From Candidatus Hadarchaeota archaeon (GTDB lineage: Archaea; CAYQAE01; CAYVLA01): DNA of 18,130 bases. Numbering within the stretch: position 1 is the first letter of the stretch; the number at the start of each line of letters is the position of its first letter. The notes beneath the pieces were generated by a model. It worked only from the letters and a program-made list of their open reading frames with translations. It searched no databases and was not told the DNA's origin. The stretch lies in NCBI GenBank assembly GCA_964621445.1, contig CAZUNO010000030.1:9629-27758 (forward strand), written 5' to 3'. This document shows positions 1-7,122 of this stretch, piece after piece. The translations under genes were made by a program, and so were the position numbers.

Positions 1-220
1 GACCCCTGTACCTGACCCGGGGACCGAGGTCAAGGAACGCCCTGTCCACAGCTATAGCTATAGACTCCAATACGTCAACCATCTCATGGACCTGAGCCCG
101 GTCATAACCCGGCCAGTTCCGGGTAGCCGGCTTCCTCGCCCGGTAGAAACCCTTCTCCCTACCCTTCTCGGTATAGGTGTTCAAAGTCAAAACGAGCTGC
201 CTCCATCTCTTCCCGGCCAT
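1..220 (-). CDS. Transposase N-terminus (IS5/ISNCY-like DDE type), runs off the left edge; not in the supplied ORF track
   Basis: Manual translation from ATG at 220: MAGKRWRQLVLTLNTYTEKGREKGFYRARKPATRNWPGYDRAQVHEMVDVLESIAIAVDRAFLDLGPRVRYRG, open to the edge. RNWxxYxxAQxxE resembles the N-terminal NW..Y..AQ..E motif of archaeal IS5/ISNCY-type transposases. The catalytic domain is outside the window. Confidence 0.65.
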   Translation of the reverse strand, partial: MAGKRWRQLVLTLNTYTEKGREKGFYRARKPATRNWPGYDRAQVHEMVDVLESIAIAVDRAFLDLGPRVRYRG

Positions 221-317
221 AGGTAGCCAGACATACACAAAGACCCAGAAGCCCTGTGTTGTCAGGGTTAGCAGTAAGTTAGAGATATAGACATACAACC
301 AACAGAGAGAAACTGGT

Positions 318-596
318 ATGTGGGATAAAATCATAGTGTACAGGGTAGACGACAAATCTAAATCCGTACAACTATCCAGAGCCCTACACGGATACAAAGA
401 CAGATCCAACCACGGCAGATACACCTACAAGAGAAAAGGACTACTAGACAAAATAGCCAACCAACAAATAATCAACGGAGTACTACTAATCAAAGAACAA
501 GACACCCACAAAATCACCCACCTACTCAAAAAATACCAAGCAAAATACTACACAGCAACCCTAGACCCAAAACCAAAACAACCACACAAACAATAA
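318..596 (+). CDS. Small basic protein, probable Cas2/VapD-like ferredoxin fold; IS passenger
   Basis: 92 aa: N-terminal beta strand IIVYRVD, helix with R.LHGYKD, GRYTYKRKGLLD, then NGVLLI and a C-terminal helix. Strongly biased wobble positions support coding. Confidence 0.65.
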   Translation: MWDKIIVYRVDDKSKSVQLSRALHGYKDRSNHGRYTYKRKGLLDKIANQQIINGVLLIKEQDTHKITHLLKKYQAKYYTATLDPKPKQPHKQ

Positions 597-657
597 TGTC
601 CCACAGTCGTTAAAATGAAAAGACTAACCAATTATGCAACACAGCACTTTGAAACCA

Positions 658-948
658 TCAACACTTCAATTTAGAAATATCTCTGACTTTCTCCATAAAT
701 TCTAGGACGGAAGGATCGCTAATACTGTAGATAATCTTTCGACCTTTCCTTTCTTTTTCCACAAGACCACACTTGTGCAGGCTTTTGAGATGGTGTGAGA
801 TGAGGGTTTGTTCCTTTTCCAAGCTTTCCATGATCTCGTTGACACATCTCTCTTCTTCTCTCAAAAGCTGGAGAATTCTATACCGTATTTCGCTACCGAC
901 ACATTTGAGGAGCTCTATCTCATTTTCTTCTATCTCGTTCATTTTCAA
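658..948 (-). CDS. arsR: ArsR/SmtB family transcriptional regulator
   Basis: Winged-HTH pattern RYRILQLL..EERCVNEI...LEKEQTLISHHLKSL...GLV...RKGRKIIYSI; lies 18 nt downstream of acr3. Confidence 0.92.
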   Translation of the reverse strand: MKMNEIEENEIELLKCVGSEIRYRILQLLREEERCVNEIMESLEKEQTLISHHLKSLHKCGLVEKERKGRKIIYSISDPSVLEFMEKVRDISKLKC

Positions 949-966
949 CCCTACCTCTGTCGGAGA

Positions 967-2034
967 TTATTGGAAATATTTTCTCGTCCTGTTTGCTATG
1001 GCAACCAGAGTCAGCATCACGGGGACCTCTACTAGGACCCCCACCACCGTAGCGAGAGCGGCTCCTGAAGTTATTCCGAAGACTGAAATTGCTACGGCCA
1101 CAGCCAGTTCGAAGAAGTTGCTCGCGCCGACCTCCGCTGCCGGAGCGGCGATCTTGTGGTCCAGACCCCAAAGATAGGACCATCCGTACGCTATGGAGAA
1201 TATGGTGAATGTGAAGATCGTCAAGGGAATCGCAATTAGCAGGATGTGAAGCGGATTATTAATTATAATATCTCCCTGGAATGAGAACAGAAGTACCAAT
1301 GTAAGCAAGAGCCCTATAATCGTTAAATTTCCCATCCTTTCAAGAAATACGTTTTCAAACCATTTTTTCCCTTTTTCACTTATGAGATATGTTCTTGATA
1401 AGTAACCTGCGGCTAGGGGGATTCCGATATAGAGGACTACCGAGAGTATTAGAGTATCGTAAGGCACTGAGATACCCCCAATCCCGAGAAGGAAAGTGAC
1501 GAGCGGGACATAAGCAACCAAAAGAATAAGATCATTAGAGGCGACCTGAATCAGGGTGTAGGCAGCATCACCATCCGAAAGGTAGCTCCACACAAACACC
1601 ATCGCGGTACAGGGAGCTGCCCCTAGTAACACCGCTCCCGCTATGTATTGACTTTGCAGAGTTGGTGAAATAAACCCGCTAAACACGATCGTCATAAAGA
1701 ACCAGAACAATCCGTACATGATAAAGGGCTTTATCAGCCAGTTAGAAGTCCACGTCACCAAGAGACCTCGCGGTTTCTCTCTCACGCCCAGAATACTCTT
1801 AAAATCGATCTCAGCCATCGCCGGATAGATCATGAACCAGATCAGGATCGCGATGGGAATGTTCACGTGGGCGTATTCAAACTCGCCCAAAGTGTCCGGG
1901 ATCAAAGGGACGAACCTGCCCAAAGCAACACCGACGATTATACAGATAGCCACCCATATCGAAAGATATTTCTCGAAGAAGCTAAGCTTTCTCCCAACAT
2001 CTTCGGCTTCCTTCTCAATTTCTTCTTCAACCAC
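967..2034 (-). CDS. acr3: ACR3 family arsenite efflux transporter
   Basis: Motifs LSFFEKYLSIWV, NWLIKPF, GAAPCTAMVFVWS (essential Cys), GASNFFELAVA, GVLVEVPVML; about 10 TM segments; GTG start. Confidence 0.96.
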   Translation of the reverse strand: MVEEEIEKEAEDVGRKLSFFEKYLSIWVAICIIVGVALGRFVPLIPDTLGEFEYAHVNIPIAILIWFMIYPAMAEIDFKSILGVREKPRGLLVTWTSNWLIKPFIMYGLFWFFMTIVFSGFISPTLQSQYIAGAVLLGAAPCTAMVFVWSYLSDGDAAYTLIQVASNDLILLVAYVPLVTFLLGIGGISVPYDTLILSVVLYIGIPLAAGYLSRTYLISEKGKKWFENVFLERMGNLTIIGLLLTLVLLFSFQGDIIINNPLHILLIAIPLTIFTFTIFSIAYGWSYLWGLDHKIAAPAAEVGASNFFELAVAVAISVFGITSGAALATVVGVLVEVPVMLTLVAIANRTRKYFQ

Positions 2035-2048
2035 TAAACCAACCCCTC

Positions 2049-2101
2049 ACATTCAACAAGCATTAATATAGATTCATATAAAAACCTAATCATATAAAAA
2101 C
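2049..2101 (-). promoter_or_regulatory. acr3-arsR promoter: duplicated TATA-like 12-mer and imperfect inverted repeat (possible ArsR operator)
   Basis: TCATATAAAAAC at 2074-2085 and 2090-2101 (TTTTTATATGA on the minus strand); imperfect IR ACATTCAA-N5-ATTAATAT at 2049-2069, between the TATA boxes and the start. Confidence 0.55.
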
Positions 2102-3378
2102 TGATCGCTTTCCCGATGCAAAGTAATTTCGAGGATTGGGACTATACCTACGATCAGGGGGCCATTTCCCTGTCTGCCGAAGATATGAGTATCACCGTTC
2201 CGGAGCTTCCAAGAGGGAAGAGGCACAAGTGGTTCCAGACTCATGGGTTATTGGAGGAGTTCATTTCCTGGCAGGAGGAGACCGTCTACCATATGGCCCT
2301 GGAGACCAGGGAGGCAATTCACGAAATCAATCCCGATTTATCACTAGGGGTCCTGGGATTTGAGGATGATTGCTGGTTACATCTAAACATTTTGAGGGGC
2401 TTTTCCACTACGGATAAGAGGATAACGGCGTGGCACGAGGATTCCTTCTGGGGAGGGTACAAAAGGTCCAAGATAGATGATAATCATGAGGATTTTGCAA
2501 GGCTTGGATAAATGGTAAGGTGATAGCTGGACTCTGGACCTACGAGCTGGATCCCTACCAGCTTCTATTCAACATGGCTTACGCCCTAATATAACGGCAC
2601 CTTTTGGATCTATCAACACGGGAGGCAGCCCTGGGCCTTGGGTAGCAAGGAGGAGTATCGAGAGGCCTTCCGGCTTCTACAAGATCATATCTGTCCCGGT
2701 ACGCCAGACTTCCTACCGTCCTTCTACATATATCCCGGCGTGGAGTTGATGCCCTGGGTGAATGAATTTGGGGCCTCTGCCATCATCAACTCCGACGTTG
2801 GGGCCACTGAGATGGGATTGGCATCCTCTACCCTGGAAATCTCGCCCACCATATCCAAATTCAACTACACGGGGGAGGATATGGAAATCGAACTTCGGAC
2901 CAATACCACCCTTCCGCTGGAAGAGGACGGATTCATCTATGGCCTGGATATTATTGACATCGAGGCTACCAGGGCCTGGAGCATCATGCATGAGCTTGAA
3001 GATCTAGTTAACAGAATGGTTCTCCTTGATTTGGCGTCCAACAAATCTCTCCGGGAGGAGTCGAAAAAGGCCCACCTCTTTTTCGGGCAAGGAAATTATG
3101 AGCTGGCTGCTAGGGAGGCAAACCGATCCCTGGCTGAGACCTATGATCTAGCATTGAATAGGACCTGGCCCCTGGTGTAGGAAAGCCTGGCTAATCCCAG
3201 AAACACCACGATTCCGTTCATAATTGTAAACAAGATAAACATCGCCAAGAGATGCCTGGAAGAGGAAGAGCAGGCCAAATGGAGGATGTACATGCTGAAG
3301 GCCCTAAATGATTGGGTTGAAATACCCGAAGCAACTAGCTATCTTCCAACTGCCACCATTTTGTGCCTGTTTTTTTGA
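2101..3378 (+). pseudogene. 5'-truncated GH-like (TIM-barrel-type) surface protein with C-terminal EIPE+hydrophobic tail; two frameshifts and one in-frame TAG
   Basis: Frame 1 reads to ...FARLG (about 2508), shifts to INGKVIAGLWTYELDPYQLLFNMAYALI (2508-2591), returns to YNGTFWIYQHGRQPWALGSKEEY... (2590-3177), hits TAG at 3178-3180, then continues in frame ESLANPRNTTIPFIIVNKINIAKRCLEEEEQAKWRMYMLKALNDWVEIPEATSYLPTATILCLFF* (3378). The GH-like call rests on FISWQEETV..MA..TREAIHEINPDL.LG and is tentative. Confidence 0.75.
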
Positions 3379-3508
3379 GCGGGTATATGGGAACGGGCAC
3401 CAATGGGCCGAGAGCAGCTACTTCCAGGGGAGAAAGCGCCCGTTCCGTTTTCATGGGTCCGCGGAGATCTTAGTCTGGAGGATAACAATCTCCGTCATGT
3501 GCTCGGAA

Positions 3509-3865
3509 TCAAGATGGCATTTGATGATTGGTTCTCCCCCTGTTATTGGGCTGGATATTGCTTCTTGGGATGGGATTGGGGGTTCCTGGCCTGTGCTCCT
3601 CATATATTAGCGCGATACCCACGGAGCCGGTACTTGACAGGGCTATGGGTTTTCCTGGGCCGTCTCTCATGCCGTCTACGTCGCTCAGATATATTGACCC
3701 TCCCCCTACCATCCCAACCGCGGTGTTCCCTATCTTGACCACCGAGGACTCGCCTTCCGGTGCAGAGAGGTGAAGATATTTTATTATCCACTCCCTGTCC
3801 GATCTGGCTGGGATGATCGGGGTATTCCTTTGGGGTTCCTCGAAGTATTCGGCGACGATCGGCAT
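3509..3865 (-). pseudogene. Possible heavily degraded gene remnant (perhaps an FAD-dependent oxidoreductase N-terminus)
   Basis: MPIVAEYFEEPQRNTPII and GNTAVGMVGG resemble the EP.R.TP(I/V) start and G..T.GMV segment of FAD_oxidored proteins, but the GxGxxG motif is missing. An AT-rich promoter-like tract lies upstream (3911-3957). Confidence 0.25.
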
Positions 3866-3928
3866 ATGACAAGACTCAGTTTTATGGTTATAGGCCGAGT
3901 CAGGTGCCTTGTTAATCTTATCTATACT

Positions 3929-3957
3929 CTATATATAATACCAATTATAATATATAG
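3929..3957. promoter_or_regulatory. AT-rich nested palindrome, TATA/operator-like
   Basis: CTATATA (3929-3935) pairs with TATATAG (3951-3957); TATAAT-ACCA-ATTATA (3934-3949) lies within. Confidence 0.35.
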
Positions 3958-3967
3958 TCGAGCTTGC

Positions 3968-5185
3968 CTACTCGTCCCTGGATTCCACTCTGGACATACG
4001 AGAGGTCTCAACCGCCTTGTACATCTTCCTGCGAACCATCAGGGACCATAAAACGTAGCTGGAGACGAAAAGCGTCGCCGTGGTAACCGACCACTCTATG
4101 ACGAAGATCCACCACAGTGCCTTGTTCTTTTCCTCTATGGCTATCTTCTCTGCCTCCTTGAGATAGTCAAGTCCCTCCTGGATGAGATCGTGGGCCTCGT
4201 TGAAGTCCTCGTCAAGATAGGCGTCGGATGCGTCATCCCAGTATTGACGGACCCTGTCGGCCTCCGTCTGGACCCTTTCCACGTGAGCTCCCAGCCTGTC
4301 CACGAAGTTCATTACAGATATCAGATAGGCCATCTTGTCCCTCAGGTTGCCAAACTCGGTCTTGAGACTGTGGAAGATGTCCACATCCTCGATCAGGTCC
4401 CTCTTCATGGTGTAGAGAATCAGATTGGTGACGATGTCACCGGCGTAGGGATTGTCCCTCCCGAACCAGGTCACGGAGGCTATTATGGACCCGGAGGTCA
4501 TGGCTCGCCCCTGGCCGTAATCCCAGACGGTTAGAAAGGGAACGTCCGTGTATCCCGGGTGGTTGTCGACCTGGTAGGCGAGTATGCCGGACCCCTGCCT
4601 GGCTATGATGAACCTGGCGGTGAACCCCACCGCGCTTTCCACGTCGTAGGGGATGAATGGGGTGAGGACGGGATCCGGGAAGTCCCGGTTTATCCTTACC
4701 CGGTAGCTCTCGATCAGGGATTCCCCGCCACCGTGTTTGTCCACCACCGCCGGCGCGTCGTTGGGAAAGGCCTTCTGGGTCTGGGAGTTGGCCCAGGCGT
4801 TGTGTATCTGGGCAATCTGACTAAAAACGCTGGCGTCGTTCCATCCGCCCCCTCCCTCCTGGATCCGATCGTGCATCCACCTGTCCTGTTGATCGGTGAA
4901 GATGTAATACTCGGGGGAGTTGAGCATGATGTAGTCGTACTTCTGCATGTCCTCGTAGGTCCTGGGGAAATATAGTCGGACCATTCTCTGCATGGTCTCC
5001 CAGTCCGCACCGCGGGTCATTACTGGTGTATAGTCCACGAGAGGTTCCTTGTCTAGCAGTCCCCTTCCCGTTAACATGCCGATTAGTAGGGTGTTAACCT
5101 GCTCCCCGGCCAGGGAAGCGGGTATTGAAAGAGAATATAGAAGGACGAAAAATATCCCGATCCAAAGGCGATTTCTATCATTCAT
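3968..5185 (-). CDS. Membrane-anchored protein: signal peptide, GATase1/DUF1355-like domain, helical stalk, C-terminal TM helix
   Basis: The track ORF starts at 5260, but ATG at 5185 gives a typical signal peptide (MNDRNRLWIGIFFVLLYSLSIPASLA). YDYIML...W....I.EGGG and WDYGQGR motifs; C-terminal ALWWIFVIEWSV...VLWSLMVRRKMY. Paralog at 9628-10847. Confidence 0.85.
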   Translation of the reverse strand: MNDRNRLWIGIFFVLLYSLSIPASLAGEQVNTLLIGMLTGRGLLDKEPLVDYTPVMTRGADWETMQRMVRLYFPRTYEDMQKYDYIMLNSPEYYIFTDQQDRWMHDRIQEGGGGWNDASVFSQIAQIHNAWANSQTQKAFPNDAPAVVDKHGGGESLIESYRVRINRDFPDPVLTPFIPYDVESAVGFTARFIIARQGSGILAYQVDNHPGYTDVPFLTVWDYGQGRAMTSGSIIASVTWFGRDNPYAGDIVTNLILYTMKRDLIEDVDIFHSLKTEFGNLRDKMAYLISVMNFVDRLGAHVERVQTEADRVRQYWDDASDAYLDEDFNEAHDLIQEGLDYLKEAEKIAIEEKNKALWWIFVIEWSVTTATLFVSSYVLWSLMVRRKMYKAVETSRMSRVESRDE

Positions 5186-5566
5186 GGACCGAATAAAACC
5201 AATTACTTGTCGTAAAAAGGTTTTCTTTCTCCGAGGCATAACCAGGAGGACCATGCCCACTCACCGAGGGCAGCCATAATGCAAAAAATATCTAATCGGC
5301 GGCAAAGCCGTGAAATGGCGGTTCTGTCCAGGCGGGATGTTTGGGTGTGATGTATTGATTCCATTCGGGATCAAAATACCCTGGACATTCGCATTTGCGG
5401 CGATATCCAAATTCCCTGGGTTGACCGTAAGTGACCGAATCTGTTATCCTTGATCGGGTGGCGGGGCTAGGGGTTCCATTGAATCTTGATCATGGATTGC
5501 GGTCCGAAGGGTTGTTATCGTTGGTGGGGATCCCCGACAGGTCAAAATCTGGTTCTTCAAGGGATA

Positions 5567-6581
5567 ATGGAGAGAATGAGATACGTGCCAGGATAGGTTC
5601 CCATGCTCCGTCCGGATGAGACCTTGATCCTGATAACCGATACCGATATCTCCTAACGGGGGAGCTAGGGAATTAGTGGTGGTTTCTTCCCAGCGTTTGT
5701 TCGTGTTCTCCCCCCGAAAGAATGAACCTGACTTGGAACTCGAGCTTAATAGTTTGGAGGCGGTGGCCGAGAACCTTGTGGGCGAGATGGCACTGGTGGC
5801 CGAGCTGGATGGGAGAAAGGTGGAGCTGCTCAGGTGCAGTGACTCCCTCTCCAGCAGGTTCAACAGGATGGCAAAGTCCCTAAACGAGGCCAGAAAGGAG
5901 GATAAGCAACCTGAGTTCGACCTGGAGGAGGAAGAGGAACGCGTATGCCCCACCTGCGGTAGGCTGTTACCAGAGAGGGGGAGTTTCTGTCCCGCATGGT
6001 TGAAGAAGACCAAGGTCCTGGCCAGGTTCTGGAAATATATCAAGCCTCACTGGAGGAGGTTGACCCTGGTCAGCGTCCTCATCATGGTGGGAACTGGTAT
6101 GAACCTGGTGCCCCCGTATCTGGTTAAGATACTGGTGGACGATGTCCTGCAGGGCGAGGGCGGTACGGGCCTATTGCTTAGCCTGGGCATGAGTCTGGTG
6201 GGGCTGGGCATCACCAGGGGAAGGTTGACCGCATGGCTGGGGGCCAGGCTGTCGGGAGGGGAGAAACAGCGAATATCCATAGCCAGGGCAATTCTCCATG
6301 GCCCCAATTTCCTGATCCTTGGCGAGGCCACCTCCCTGGTGGATACGGAGACCGAGGAGCTGATACAGGAGGCGTTGACGAGGCTAATTAAGGACATGAC
6401 TACTTTCGACATCGCCCACCGGCTCTCAACCCTCAAGAACGCGAGTCGACTTCTGGTCATCGAGGATGGAAAGAAGGCGGAGTTTGGAACCCACGAGGAA
6501 TTGCTGGCCAAGGAGGGTACCTATCACAAGCTGGTTAACATTCAGTCAAAGCTTTCGGGCATAAAGGCGGTGGACGGGTAG
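5567..6581 (+). pseudogene. ABC transporter permease/ATPase fusion (type found with DUF1854) with a large in-frame internal deletion and broken 5' end
   Basis: Keeps CPTCG..LPE, the first TM helices (LVPPYLVKILVDDVL), then jumps from AWLGAR directly to LSGGEKQRISIARAIL; no Walker A or Q-loop; Walker B reads ILGEATS (D to G); H-loop IAHRLSTL present. 5567-5675 shows stops and shifts (ENEIRARIGS / MLRPDETLILITDTDIS*). Confidence 0.88.
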
Positions 6582-6588
6582 GAGGTGA
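6581..6588 (+). promoter_or_regulatory. Shine-Dalgarno site GGAGGTGA
   Basis: Full GGAGGTGA, 6 nt before the TTG start at 6595, overlapping the upstream stop codon. Confidence 0.75.
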
Positions 6589-6594
6589 CTGGAG

Positions 6595-7114
6595 TTGGAA
6601 ACCAAGCACAGCACGGTGAGGGAACCGGTCTATGACTTCCTGGACCCCTCAAAAATCAGGCTTTTCACCGACGGGTCCGGAAGGGTCCGGCTTGTGGTGA
6701 AGGACGATAGACGCTTCCCGGAGGTTAAGGTTGTCCGGGCCTTTCCGCTCTCCTCCCCTGATGGATACCTGGGTTTCCTCGACGGCAAGGACAAGATCAT
6801 CGAGCTGGTCAAGAACCCCTCGAGAGATGGACAAGGGATCCAGAGAACTGGCCAGGGAGAGGCTTGAACGCCGATACTTCACGCCCACCATACAACGCAT
6901 AGAGGACATCAAGGAGGAGTTCGGCGCCGTCTATTACCGGGTGCAGACCGATAAGGGATCCAGAAGGTTCGTGGTCAAGGGAATACGAGATTTCCTCGTC
7001 GACCCGGGCGAGGGGGATCTGCTATTGCTGGACGTGGACGGCAATCGATACCGGATAGAGGACTGGACCAAGCTGGACAGGGGGTCAAGGAGGTACCTTG
7101 ACAAGGTGGTATAG
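6595..7114 (+). pseudogene. DUF1854 family protein with a +1 frameshift
   Basis: VKVVRAFPLSSPDGYLGFLD in 6595..6867 and LERRYFTPTIQRI...EEFG...V.TDKG...LLLDVDGNRYRI.D...LD..S in 6731..7114. Removing one C from the CCCC run at 6816-6819 restores ...VKNPREMDKGSREL.... Confidence 0.88.
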
Positions 7115-7122
7115 CGGCCTCT

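Larger units (their letters stand above)
1..608. mobile_element. One end of a probable insertion sequence (transposase + divergent small ORF), candidate terminus TGTCCCACAGTC at 597-608
   Basis: Transposase-like ORF, divergent small ORF and a shared A/C skew on the + strand, which fades into AT-rich sequence after about 608. The partner repeat is not in the window, so the terminus is inferred. Confidence 0.55.

Noticed and set aside
52-63. Palindrome CTATAGCTATAG
   Set aside because: Lies in the transposase coding region (SIAIA); explained by repeated codons.
609-657. Integron attC site after arsR
   Set aside because: No RYYYAAC...GTTRRRY pair with internal dyad symmetry, and no integrase seen.
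318-660. CRISPR-Cas locus suggested by the Cas2-like gene
   Set aside because: No repeat-spacer array, cas1 or other cas gene in the window.
3178-3180. In-frame TAG as pyrrolysine or stop-codon recoding
   Set aside because: TAG is the normal stop of many genes here (3968, 6581, 7114, 10847, 13103, 13891, 16824, 17845), and the same gene also has two frameshifts.
5297-5325. GGCAAA-GCCGT-GAAA-TGGC resembling the c-di-GMP-I riboswitch
   Set aside because: The following GACGCAAAGC segment and second stem are absent.
5431-5619. 62-aa ORF upstream of the ABC gene
   Set aside because: No motif; its 3' end is better explained as the frameshifted start of the ABC pseudogene.
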